DNA of 64,000 nt from an uncultured Actinomycetes bacterium (lineage in GTDB: Bacteria; Actinomycetota; JAICYB01). Position 1 is the stretch's first letter, and every line of letters starts with the position of its first letter. The stretch is from positions 1,898-65,897 of the forward strand of contig CAZFOB010000017.1 of the NCBI GenBank assembly GCA_964520325.1, in the 5' to 3' direction. Shown here piece after piece: positions 39,468-48,828 of the stretch. A program made the position numbers and the translations under genes. The notes beneath the pieces are model-generated. The model saw only the letters and a program-made list of their open reading frames with translations, was not told the DNA's origin and made no database searches.

Positions 39468-41159
39468 ATGACCGACCGCGATACGCGAGCTGACCCGCGT
39501 CCCCGTTCGAAGGACGTGAGCGAGGGCTACGAGCGTGCTCCCGCGCGCGCGATGCTCCGGGCGGTCGGACTGACCGACGAAGACTTCACCAAGCCGCAGG
39601 TCGGCGTCGTCTCGTCCTGGAACACCGTGACCCCATGCAATGCGAGCCTCGACCGCGACGCGACATGGGCAACCGAAGGAGTGCGCGCGGCCGGTGGCGT
39701 GCCGCTCGAGTTCACGACGATCACCGTCTCGGACGGCATCTCCATGGGCCACGAAGGCATGCGTGCATCGCTCGTCAGTCGCGAGGTGATTGCCGATTCG
39801 ATCGAGCTGGTCGTCCACGCAGAACGGTTCGACGGTGTGGTGTCGATCGGCGGATGCGACAAATCGCTCCCGGGCATGCTCATGGCGCTGGCGCGGCTGA
39901 ACCTCTCGTCGGTGTTCCTGTACGGCGGCTCGATCCGCCCCGGCTCCTTCCACGGGGTCGATGTCACGATCCAGGACATGTTCGAAGGTGTCGGCGCCGT
40001 CGCCGGCGGGATGATGACCGAAGAGGAGCTCGACGAGATGGAGCGCGTCGCATGCCCCGGATTCGGCGCGTGTGGCGGGATGTTCACCGCCAACACGATG
40101 TCGTCGATCTCGGAGGCGATCGGCATGGCCCTTCCGTATTCGGCTTCGATCCCGGCGTCCGGAGACGCGCGCCGCGAGGCGGTCGCGAGAGCCAGCGGCG
40201 AAGCGGCGATCAACCTGCTCAATCTGGGCATCCGAGCGCGCGACATCATGACTCGCGAAGCGTTCGAGAACGCGATCGCGGTGGCTTGCGCCGTCGGCGG
40301 ATCGACGAACGCCGTGCTCCATCTGCCGGCCATCGCACACGAGGCCCAGGTCGACCTGTCGATCGACGACTTCGACCGCATCTCGCGCCGCACGCCGCAC
40401 ATCGCCGACTTCAAGCCGGGTGGGAAGTACGTGATGATCGACGTCGACCGGATCGGTGGCATCCCCGTCGTCATGAAGGAGCTTCTCGATGCGGGACTCC
40501 TTCACGGTGACTGCATGACCGTCACCGGCAAGACGATCGCGGAGAACCTTGCGGATGTTGCCTTTCCGGAAGATCAGGATGTCGTGTACCGGACGTCGTC
40601 GCCGATCCATGCCGAGGGTGGTTACGCGATCCTCAGGGGGAACATCGCCCCGGACGGAGCCGTGCTCAAGGTGTCTGCGACGACCATGCGGACGTTCCGC
40701 GGCCCGGCACGCGTGTTCGACTCGGAAGAGGATTGTTTCCGCGCCGTGGCTGCTCGTCAGCTACGCGAAGGCGACGTCGTGATCATCCGATACGAAGGTC
40801 CACGCGGTGGTCCCGGTATGAAGGAGATGCTCGCCGTTACCGGCGCGATCGCCGGTGCCGGACTCGGTGACAAGGTGCTTCTCGTCACCGACGGCCGCTT
40901 CTCCGGCGCATCGCGGGGCGGATCGATCGCCCACGTGGCTCCGGAAGCCGCCGACGGCGGGCCTATCGCGCTCCTGCGCGAAGGCGACATCGTTCGCCTC
41001 GACGTCGAAACGCGCCGCCTCGACGTCGAAGTAGACGACGCCGAGCTCCAACGTCGCATGGTCGAGTGGGTGCCGCCTCCGCCGCGTTACACAACCGGAG
41101 CGCTCGCCAAATACGCGCGGATGGTTGGCTCGGCCTCCACGGGAGCCGTGACCAGCTGA
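39468..41159 (+). CDS. ilvD: Dihydroxy-acid dehydratase
   Basis: IlvD/EDD family motifs ([20 protein letters not shown]) over full length. Confidence 0.9.
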   Translation: MTDRDTRADPRPRSKDVSEGYERAPARAMLRAVGLTDEDFTKPQVGVVSSWNTVTPCNASLDRDATWATEGVRAAGGVPLEFTTITVSDGISMGHEGMRASLVSREVIADSIELVVHAERFDGVVSIGGCDKSLPGMLMALARLNLSSVFLYGGSIRPGSFHGVDVTIQDMFEGVGAVAGGMMTEEELDEMERVACPGFGACGGMFTANTMSSISEAIGMALPYSASIPASGDARREAVARASGEAAINLLNLGIRARDIMTREAFENAIAVACAVGGSTNAVLHLPAIAHEAQVDLSIDDFDRISRRTPHIADFKPGGKYVMIDVDRIGGIPVVMKELLDAGLLHGDCMTVTGKTIAENLADVAFPEDQDVVYRTSSPIHAEGGYAILRGNIAPDGAVLKVSATTMRTFRGPARVFDSEEDCFRAVAARQLREGDVVIIRYEGPRGGPGMKEMLAVTGAIAGAGLGDKVLLVTDGRFSGASRGGSIAHVAPEAADGGPIALLREGDIVRLDVETRRLDVEVDDAELQRRMVEWVPPPPRYTTGALAKYARMVGSASTGAVTS

Positions 41160-41180
41160 CCCGAGCGGTTACGGTATGAC

Positions 41181-42818
41181 ATGAGCAAGACCTGGTGGCG
41201 GGACGCCGTCATCTACCAGATCTATCCGCGCTCCTTCTGCGATTCCAACGGCGACGGCATCGGTGATCTCAAGGGCATCACGAGCAAGCTCGAACACCTC
41301 GAGTGGCTCGGCGTCGATGCGATCTGGCTGAACCCGATCATGCCGTCGCCGAACACCGATTGGGGCTACGACGTCTCCGACTACTGCGACGTGCATCCCG
41401 ATCTCGGCACCCTGGACGACTTCGACGAGCTCGTCCAGCACGCAGATGCGCGCGGGATCAAGATCCTCAACGACCTCGTGCCCAATCACACCTCCGACAT
41501 GCATCCGTGGTTCGAGGACGCGCGGATGTCGAAGGATTCGCCGATGCGCGACCGCTACGTGTGGGCAGACCCCAAGCCGGACGGCTCGCCGCCCAACAAC
41601 TGGGCCTCGCAGTTCGGCGGCTCCGCGTGGACGCTCGACGAGACGACAGGTCAGTACTACCTGCACCTGTTCCTGCCCACGCAACCCGACCTCAACTGGT
41701 GGAGTCCCGACGTTGCCGACAGCTTCGACGAGATCCTCCGGTTCTGGTTCGACCGCGGCGTCGCGGGCTTCCGTCTCGACGTCTGTCACGCGATCGTGAA
41801 GGACCAGGAACTGCGCGACAACCCTCCGGCCTCCGACGACGATCCGCCGGCCGTGCGCCGTTCGGGGTTTCGCTCGATCTACGACATGAACCGTCCCGAG
41901 GTGCACGACGTGCTGCGCCGGTGGCGGAAGATCGCGAAGACATACGAGCCCGAGCGCTTGCTCGTCGGGGAAACCTATGTGTGGGACATCGAATCGTTGA
42001 TCGCGTTCTACGGCAAACGGAACGACGAGCTCCAGCTTGCGATGAACATCCCGTTCGTCAGCTCGAAGTTCGAGCCGAGCCGTCTGGCAACCATCGTCGG
42101 CAACATCGAAGGCGGCTTGCCCAGGCATGGCTGGCCGGTGTGGATGGGTTCGAACCACGACGCCGACCGCATGGCGTCCCGGTGGTGTGAGAACGACGAT
42201 CGTAAGGTGCGCTGCGCGCTCATGATGCTGCTCACGCTTCGCGGCACGCCGCTACTCGGCTACGGCGACGAGATCGGTCTTCCGGACGTCGAGCTCACGG
42301 AAGACCAGCTGCGCGATCCGGTTGGCATGCGCTACTGGCCTGCGTATGCCGGACGCGATCCCGGGCGTACGCCGATGCAGTGGACGACGGAGCCCGGAGC
42401 AGGCTTCACCGAGTCCGGTGCGCAGCCGTGGTTGCCGCTCGGTGACGCACATGCGCACAACGTCGCCGACCAGCAGGCGGACGAGAGTTCGGTGCTTCAT
42501 CTGTGCCGCGATCTCATAGCGCTGCGCAAACAAGAACGGGATCTTCGCCTGGGTGCGTACAGGAAGCGGGCCTCGCCCGATGGCACATGGGTCTTCCGGC
42601 GAGGCAAGGGCTTCGTCGTCGCGATCAACATGTCGGACGACGTTGCGAAGATCACGCGACTGCGCGGAACGATCAGACTCTCGACCGGTCGCGACCGCGA
42701 CGGTCAGTCGTTCTCCGGCGGACTTACCCTCGAAGCCTGGGAAGGCGTCGTGATGTCAACGATGGCCTCCTCGACGGCTTCCTCTACCGGCGCCTCGGCG
42801 GCATCCTCGGGTCCCTGA
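41181..42818 (+). CDS. GH13 alpha-glucosidase / oligo-1,6-glucosidase family
   Basis: GH13 regions I-IV (DLVPNHTS, GFRLDVCHAI, EIGLP, …NHD). The Ser/Thr-rich C-terminal tail may be over-extended. Confidence 0.85.
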   Translation: MSKTWWRDAVIYQIYPRSFCDSNGDGIGDLKGITSKLEHLEWLGVDAIWLNPIMPSPNTDWGYDVSDYCDVHPDLGTLDDFDELVQHADARGIKILNDLVPNHTSDMHPWFEDARMSKDSPMRDRYVWADPKPDGSPPNNWASQFGGSAWTLDETTGQYYLHLFLPTQPDLNWWSPDVADSFDEILRFWFDRGVAGFRLDVCHAIVKDQELRDNPPASDDDPPAVRRSGFRSIYDMNRPEVHDVLRRWRKIAKTYEPERLLVGETYVWDIESLIAFYGKRNDELQLAMNIPFVSSKFEPSRLATIVGNIEGGLPRHGWPVWMGSNHDADRMASRWCENDDRKVRCALMMLLTLRGTPLLGYGDEIGLPDVELTEDQLRDPVGMRYWPAYAGRDPGRTPMQWTTEPGAGFTESGAQPWLPLGDAHAHNVADQQADESSVLHLCRDLIALRKQERDLRLGAYRKRASPDGTWVFRRGKGFVVAINMSDDVAKITRLRGTIRLSTGRDRDGQSFSGGLTLEAWEGVVMSTMASSTASSTGASAASSGP

Positions 42819-43549
42819 GCGACGTCGCCTTCCTTCTTCGGTGCCCCGAACCGCTTCGCGACGGTGCTCAGCAGCACCGCGACCACGATGAGGATGATCG
42901 AGATCCGGAAGCTCCACTCGCCGAACGCTTTGATCCTGTCGGGTAGCCACGGCCACTGGTCGCCGGCGCGGGCGCCGAGCCAGAGCATCAGCGCCGCGTA
43001 GACGACGGCCCCGACGCCGAACGACGCAAGGAACTTGCTGAAGCGCATGCGCGCGCTTCCCGCCACGAGAACCATGGGGGTCAACAGCCACTCGAGGAAC
43101 CCGCGAGCGATGAAGATCGCGTAGACGCCGCGCCGGTCGATCCACCGGGTGGCCCGTTCGATCTGCTTGGGGTTCCAGATCGACGCCCACATCGAGCCGG
43201 GCTGCGCGGCCTTCTCGGCGAGCAGGGGGCCGAAGCGAAAGCCGGCCCAGTACAAGAAGAGTCCGGCGACGAACGATTGGAACACCGATGTCGCACCGGT
43301 GGCGATCATCATCACGGAGCTGTGGTCGGCGGCCGCCGTTCCCGTCGCGATCAGGCTGAGCATCGAGTTGTTGAGGAGCGGAACCGCCCACGGTGCGGAA
43401 TCGAGAAGCTTCGGGAGGTAGGCAAGTCCGATCCGGTTGGCGATGAATCGGAAGACCAGATAGCCGACGAGCAGGCCCAAGGCTTGGCGATCGGACAGGA
43501 AGAAGCGTGGCTGATCTGTGGCGCGATCCTGGTTCGTATCGTCCATCAC
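42704..43549 (-). CDS. DedA/VTT-domain membrane protein
   Basis: DedA-like TM profile and the …VLVAGSARMRFSKF… region. Acidic C-terminal tail overlaps the GH13 3' end by 115 nt. Confidence 0.7.
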   Translation of the reverse strand: MMDDTNQDRATDQPRFFLSDRQALGLLVGYLVFRFIANRIGLAYLPKLLDSAPWAVPLLNNSMLSLIATGTAAADHSSVMMIATGATSVFQSFVAGLFLYWAGFRFGPLLAEKAAQPGSMWASIWNPKQIERATRWIDRRGVYAIFIARGFLEWLLTPMVLVAGSARMRFSKFLASFGVGAVVYAALMLWLGARAGDQWPWLPDRIKAFGEWSFRISIILIVVAVLLSTVAKRFGAPKKEGDVAQGPEDAAEAPVEEAVEEAIVDITTPSQASRVSPPEND

Positions 43550-43598
43550 GGCATCCTAGTGGTCAGCGTCCGGCCGTAGAGGCAGATACGGTATCGGC

Positions 43599-44909
43599 GT
43601 GAAGAGACGTCGGTTCAGAGCTCTCGGTATCGCGTTCGTCCTTCTGACCGCGGCATGCGGCGGCGGTGACGATGTTTCGGACGCCGACCGCGTCATCGCG
43701 TCGCCGCTGGCTTCGCCCTCCGTGAGTCCGGTCGACACGCAGTCTCCGAAACCGAAGGCCACCTCCGGCGAAAGGAGCGACGAAACGCCGGGCGCATCAG
43801 GGACGAGTTCGTCGGCGCGCACAACGGAGCCGAGACCGGCGACGTCGCAGCCGGCCAGGCCCGCAAGCCTTGCGAAGGCAAGGATCAAGCTCACCAAGAT
43901 CGCGACGTTGGCGGACCCCGTTGCCTTCGCGGTCCGCAAAGGCGACTCCGACTTCTACATCGCAGAACGCCACAGCGGAAAGATCCGCACGATCCGTAAC
44001 GGGCGCGTCGGCGCCACCGTGCTTGACATCGGCGGTGAGATCTCGACGGGCAACGAGCAAGGGCTCCTCGGTCTCGCGTTCTCGCCGTCGGCAAGCTTGC
44101 TCTACATCAACTTCACCAACCAGGCCGGCGACACGGTGATCCGCGAGTACTCCTTCTCGTCAGGACGCACGTCCTCACCGCGAACGGTCCTCACCGTCGA
44201 CCAGCCGTTCGCCAACCACAACGGCGGCAACCTCGTCTTCGGGCCGGACGGTTTCCTCTACATCGGTCTCGGCGACGGCGGCAGCGCCGGCGATCCGATG
44301 AACAACGCACAGAACCTCGAAACGCTGCTGGGCAAGATGCTGCGCATCAACCCGGCGCAGTCCGGTTCGAGCGCATATACCTCACCGAGCTCCAACCCGT
44401 TCGTCGGACGTGACGGACGCGACGAGATCTGGGCATACGGATTACGCAACCCATGGCGATACTCCTTCGACCGCAGTACGAAGGACCTCTTCATCGGCGA
44501 CGTCGGACAGGGCGAGTGGGAGGAGATCAGCTTCCAGCCCGGCGCCGCGACAGGCGGCGACAACTATGGTTGGCGCCACATGGAGGGAAGTCACAGCTAC
44601 GGCGGCGGTACGCCGCCGTCCGGCCATCACGGACCGATCTACGAGTACTCGCACGACGGTGGGAACTGCTCGGTGACCGGGGGCTATGTGTACCGCGGTT
44701 CGCGGATCCACGACCTGAAGGGCGCGTACGTGTTCGCCGACTTCTGCGTCGGTGATCTCCGTGCGTTCACGCAGAAGAGTGGGCGCGCGTCCGGACAACG
44801 GTTGCTGGGGAAGAAGGTGGGGAGCCTCTCCTCGTTCGGACAGGACGCCAAAGGTGAGCTCTACGTCCTGTCGCTCGGCGGAGAGGTGTACCGGATCGAT
44901 CCGGCCTGA
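43599..44909 (+). CDS. PQQ-dependent (soluble) sugar dehydrogenase-like beta-propeller lipoprotein
   Basis: Lipobox LLTAACGG. SGDH motifs (EQGLLGLAF, HNGGNLVFGPDGFLYIGLGDGG, YGWRHMEG). Confidence 0.8.
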   Translation: MKRRRFRALGIAFVLLTAACGGGDDVSDADRVIASPLASPSVSPVDTQSPKPKATSGERSDETPGASGTSSSARTTEPRPATSQPARPASLAKARIKLTKIATLADPVAFAVRKGDSDFYIAERHSGKIRTIRNGRVGATVLDIGGEISTGNEQGLLGLAFSPSASLLYINFTNQAGDTVIREYSFSSGRTSSPRTVLTVDQPFANHNGGNLVFGPDGFLYIGLGDGGSAGDPMNNAQNLETLLGKMLRINPAQSGSSAYTSPSSNPFVGRDGRDEIWAYGLRNPWRYSFDRSTKDLFIGDVGQGEWEEISFQPGAATGGDNYGWRHMEGSHSYGGGTPPSGHHGPIYEYSHDGGNCSVTGGYVYRGSRIHDLKGAYVFADFCVGDLRAFTQKSGRASGQRLLGKKVGSLSSFGQDAKGELYVLSLGGEVYRIDPA

Positions 44910-44920
44910 GGCGATCGACC

Positions 44921-46111
44921 GTGCCGTCCTCTCGCGTCTCCCGCACTACTCTTCGCGCGCTGCGGAGTGGGACATTCGTTGTGTGGAGCGCCTTGGTGCT
45001 TGTCGCGCTGCCGGCGTCCTTCGAGATCCGGGAAGCCGAGGTCCCGTCGGCGTCCGAGGTTCGTAAGGACCTCTTCGACATCGACCTCGAGCTCACCCTC
45101 TTCGCTCGTGTGCCACGTCCGACCGCGATGGCGGTGCGCTACGGCGACGACGCGATCTACGTCGCGTCGAAGAAGGGCCAGGTCTGGCAGGTGCTCGGCC
45201 GGAAGAAGAAGGTCGTCCTCGACGTCGAGAAGGAGCTCTCTTTCGGGTTCGAGCAGGGACTTCTCGGTCTCGCCTTCACTCCTGACGGCAACCGCCTCGT
45301 CGTGAACTTCACAAATAAGAAGGACGCATCGGTGACCCGCATCTACGACTTCGACGGCGAAGCGATCGACTCGTCGAAGAAGGATCTCTTCGTGGTGCCG
45401 AAACCGAAAGCGGAGCACAACGCCGGTAACCTCGCGTTCGGCCCAGACGGCTATCTCTACCTCTCGCTCGGTGACGGAGGACTCTCAGGCGACCCCGATG
45501 ACAACGCTCAGTCTCTCGACGAGATGCTCGGCAAGATCCATCGCATCGAGATCCTTCCCGGCGGCTTCTACGGGATCCCCGACGACAATCCGTTCGCCGA
45601 CCGCAAGGGCGCGCGAGGCGAGATCTGGGCGTACGGGTTCCGCAATCCATGGCGCTATTCGTTCGATCGGTTGACGGGAGACCTCTGGATCGCCGACGTC
45701 GGACGAGACAACCGCGAAGAGATCGACTTCGAGCCTTTCGAGAGCCCCGGCGGGAACAACTACGGTTGGAACAAGGTCGAGGGCTCCATCCCGTACGAGG
45801 ACCGCAAGCCACCCAAGGATCACGTGCTCCCGGTGTACGACTACCAACACGACGACGAGACGTGCGCGGCCACCGGCGGGTTCGTCTATCGCGGCTCCGC
45901 CATCGCCGGGCTCGACGGTACGTACCTGTTCTCCGACTTCTGCCGCGGCGGACTCGACGCCATCCGCTTGAAGGACGGAGAGGTCGACGAGTACCGACGC
46001 TACGCCGACATCGAGCAAGGGCGGATCTCGTCGTTCGGACAGGACGCCGACGGCGAGCTCTACGTGCTCGCGCTCGAAGACGGCGCCGTCTATCGCATCG
46101 ACCCCGCCTAA
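44921..46111 (+). CDS. PQQ-dependent sugar dehydrogenase-like protein (tandem paralogue)
   Basis: Collinear with the previous gene (EQGLLGLAF, HNAGNLAFGPDGYLYLSLGDGG, YGWNKVEG). Confidence 0.8.
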   Translation: MPSSRVSRTTLRALRSGTFVVWSALVLVALPASFEIREAEVPSASEVRKDLFDIDLELTLFARVPRPTAMAVRYGDDAIYVASKKGQVWQVLGRKKKVVLDVEKELSFGFEQGLLGLAFTPDGNRLVVNFTNKKDASVTRIYDFDGEAIDSSKKDLFVVPKPKAEHNAGNLAFGPDGYLYLSLGDGGLSGDPDDNAQSLDEMLGKIHRIEILPGGFYGIPDDNPFADRKGARGEIWAYGFRNPWRYSFDRLTGDLWIADVGRDNREEIDFEPFESPGGNNYGWNKVEGSIPYEDRKPPKDHVLPVYDYQHDDETCAATGGFVYRGSAIAGLDGTYLFSDFCRGGLDAIRLKDGEVDEYRRYADIEQGRISSFGQDADGELYVLALEDGAVYRIDPA

Positions 46112-46183
46112 GAAAAGGGACGTAACCGAAGGGGACAGGAGCATCCCCTTTGGGCCCGATCTGTCCCGCGCAGGACCGGTCTG

Positions 46184-46213
46184 TTGACGTGTCTTCATGT
46201 TCGCGGTCATACT
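46184..46213 (+). promoter_or_regulatory. Candidate promoter of the ilvB leader (-35 TTGACG, 18-nt spacer, -10 CATACT)
   Basis: Read directly. The predicted transcription start falls on the leader-ORF ATGs (leaderless). Confidence 0.4.
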
Positions 46214-46215
46214 GC

Positions 46216-46260
46216 ATGTCCATGAAGCGACTTCTGACCTCGAACGTACGTATTACGTAG
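46216..46260 (+). other. ilvB leader mini-ORF MSMKRLLTSNVRIT* (or MKRLLTSNVRIT from the second ATG)
   Basis: The G of the TAG stop codon is the first base of hairpin 1. Confidence 0.35.
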
Positions 46261-46319
46261 GCGAGCGCACAGGCGCTCGCCTACAGATGCCTCTCGTCCT
46301 TTCGGACGGGGGGTTTTTT
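46260..46319 (+). promoter_or_regulatory. ilvB attenuator: hairpin 1 GGCGAGCGC/GCGCTCGCC, then terminator hairpin CCUCUCGUCC-uuuc-GGACGGGGGG + U6
   Basis: Read directly. The terminator ends 29 nt before the ilvB ATG (RBS AGGAGG). Confidence 0.55.
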
Positions 46320-46348
46320 CTTACTTGGAAACGGATAGGAGGCGAGAG

Positions 46349-48115
46349 ATGCAGTTCAAGACCGGACAGAAGATCAGTGGGGCCCAGAGCCTCATCCACT
46401 CCCTGGAGCAGGAGGGGGTACAGCACATCTTCGGCATCCCCGGCGGAACCATCCTGCCCGCCTACGACCCGCTGATCGATTCGTCCATCCGGCACATCCT
46501 GTGCCGCCACGAGCAGGGCGCTTCGCACGCGGCGGACGGCTACGCCCAGTCGTCCGGCATCCCCGGCGTGTGCTTCGCGACGTCCGGCCCCGGCGCCACC
46601 AACCTCGTCACCGGGCTCGCCTCGGCGATGATGGACTCCGTCCCGATGGTGGCCGTCACCGGGCAGGTGAACACCTTCGCCATCGGCGGCGACGCCTTCC
46701 AGGAAGCCGACGTCACCGGGATCACTATGCCGGTCACCAAGCACAACTGGCTCGTCATGGACGCCCATGACATCCCCCAGGTGATCAACGAGGCCTTCCA
46801 CATCGCCACGACCGGTCGTCCGGGGCCCGTTGTCGTCGACATCCCCAAGGACGTTCTCCAAGCAACGACCGAGTGGTGGTATCCGGATTCGATCGATCTC
46901 CCCGGTTACCGTCCGCGCACCTTCGGGGATCCCCGTGAGGTCCGCGCGGCCGTCGAGATGATCGCGCAGGCGAAGCGGCCGATCGTCTACGCCGGTGGAG
47001 GCATCATCAAGTCGTTCGCCTCAGATGTGCTGCGAGAGCTCGTCGAGCTCACCGGCATCCCCGCGGTGACCACGCTCATGGCGCGCGGCGTGATCCCGGA
47101 CGATCACCCGCTCGCACTCGGGATGCCCGGCATGCACGGCAACTACACCGCCGTCACGTCGATGCAGCAGGCAGACCTGCTCATCGCGCTCGGCACGCGC
47201 TTCGACGACCGCGTGACCGGCAAGCTCGCGAGCTTCGCGCCGCACGCGAAGATCATCCACGTCGATATAGACCCGTCCGAGATCGGCAAGAACCGCCGGG
47301 CCGACGTCGGCATCGTCGGCAACGCGAAGCACGTCATCCGCCAGCTGATCGAGGAGTGGAAGCGCCAAGGTGCGAATGGCCATCCGGACCAGCCCGACTT
47401 GCAACCGTGGAAGGCGCAGCTGCGCGATTGGCAAGAGCGTTTCCCGCTGCGCTACCCGGACGAATCGTCCAACGGACAGCTCCTGCCGCAGCACATCGTC
47501 GACACGATCGGCAAGGTCACCGACGGCGAGGCGATCTACGCTTCCGGCGTCGGCCAGCACCAGATGTTCGCGTCGCAGTACATCCGCTTCAAGCATCCGA
47601 ACTCGTGGATCAACTCCGGCGGTGTCGGCGCGATGGGATACGGAGTGCCCGCCGGCATGGGGGCCAAGGTCGCCAACCCGGACAAGGACGTGTGGGTCAT
47701 CGACGGCGACGGCTGCTTCCAGATGACGTGCCAGGAACTCGCGACGATGACGACGGAGAAGATCCCGATCAAGATCGGCATCTTGAACAACGCCTATCTC
47801 GGGATGGTCCGCCAGTGGCAGGAGCTCTTCTACGACGGACGCTTCTCCGGCGTCTACCTCGGTCAGGACTGTCCCGACTACGTGAAGCTCGCCGAGGCCT
47901 ACGGTGCGATCGGGTTCCGGGTCGAGCACCCCGAAGAAGTTGAGCCGGTGATCGAGAAAGCCCAGTCGATCACCGATCGCACCGTGGTCATAGACTTCCG
48001 CTGCGACCCTGCCGAGAAGTGCTACCCGATGGTGCCGGCAGCTGCGAGCAACGACGACATCATCATGGACCCGCGCTTCCCGGTGGACCTGCCCGAGTTC
48101 GACCACGACGAGTGA
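46349..48115 (+). CDS. ilvB: Acetolactate synthase large subunit
   Basis: ThDP enzyme motifs. AHAS-wide similarity. Start at MQFKTGQ with AGGAGG RBS. Confidence 0.9.
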   Translation: MQFKTGQKISGAQSLIHSLEQEGVQHIFGIPGGTILPAYDPLIDSSIRHILCRHEQGASHAADGYAQSSGIPGVCFATSGPGATNLVTGLASAMMDSVPMVAVTGQVNTFAIGGDAFQEADVTGITMPVTKHNWLVMDAHDIPQVINEAFHIATTGRPGPVVVDIPKDVLQATTEWWYPDSIDLPGYRPRTFGDPREVRAAVEMIAQAKRPIVYAGGGIIKSFASDVLRELVELTGIPAVTTLMARGVIPDDHPLALGMPGMHGNYTAVTSMQQADLLIALGTRFDDRVTGKLASFAPHAKIIHVDIDPSEIGKNRRADVGIVGNAKHVIRQLIEEWKRQGANGHPDQPDLQPWKAQLRDWQERFPLRYPDESSNGQLLPQHIVDTIGKVTDGEAIYASGVGQHQMFASQYIRFKHPNSWINSGGVGAMGYGVPAGMGAKVANPDKDVWVIDGDGCFQMTCQELATMTTEKIPIKIGILNNAYLGMVRQWQELFYDGRFSGVYLGQDCPDYVKLAEAYGAIGFRVEHPEEVEPVIEKAQSITDRTVVIDFRCDPAEKCYPMVPAAASNDDIIMDPRFPVDLPEFDHDE

Positions 48116-48158
48116 CGCGCGAAGCGCGGCGCTCAGCGAGCATGGAGAGGGACGACTG

Positions 48159-48749
48159 ATGCAACAACCGAAGGACGCTCTCTACGACGCACCGGCACCA
48201 CGTGGACGCAAGCGAGTCCACACCTTGTCGGTGCTCGTCCAGAACAGGCCCGGTGTTCTCGCGCGTATCGCGGGCATGTTCGCCCGGCGCGGGTTCAACA
48301 TCGAGTCGCTCGCGGTCGGTCCGACGGAGGATCCGAAGATCTCTCGTATGACCATCGTCGTCAACGTCGAAGCGAAGCCGCTCGAGCAGGTCGTGCGTCA
48401 GCTCGACAAGCTCATCAACGTGATCCACGTCGAGGAACTGCATCACGACGCCGTCGAGCGCGAGCTTATCCTCATCAAGGTCAATGCCGACGCCGGTGTG
48501 CGTTCGCAGATCCTCGAGATCGTGGACATCTTCCGCGCGAAGATCGTCGACGTGCATCCAGAGGCGCTGTCCCTCGAAGCCACGGGGACGCCGCAGAAGC
48601 TGGAAGCCCTGATCGACATCCTTCGGCCCTACGGGATCAGGGAACTCGCGCAGACGGGCATGGTCGCCATCGCGCGCGGCAAGCACACGATCGAGGACGC
48701 CTACCTGTCCGTCGTCCGCGACGAAGCCGAACTAGAGGACGCAAGCTAG
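48159..48749 (+). CDS. ilvN: Acetolactate synthase small (regulatory, ACT) subunit
   Basis: ACT domain HTLSVLVQNRPGVLARIAGMFARRGFNIESL. Confidence 0.85.
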   Translation: MQQPKDALYDAPAPRGRKRVHTLSVLVQNRPGVLARIAGMFARRGFNIESLAVGPTEDPKISRMTIVVNVEAKPLEQVVRQLDKLINVIHVEELHHDAVERELILIKVNADAGVRSQILEIVDIFRAKIVDVHPEALSLEATGTPQKLEALIDILRPYGIRELAQTGMVAIARGKHTIEDAYLSVVRDEAELEDAS

Positions 48750-48828
48750 CGCTACAATCTCCCGGTTTGAATCGCTATAAGTTCCCGGCTGGATGTGCTA
48801 TATTCTCCTTGTTCCCAGGGGAGAAGCT

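Noticed and set aside
46197-46475. The 92-aa ORF MFAVILHVHEAT… as the ilvB leader peptide.
   Set aside because: It begins with a Val/Ile/Leu-containing motif but reads through both hairpins, the U-tract and the ilvB start in another frame. The short ORF ending at the hairpin-1 foot fits attenuator geometry far better.
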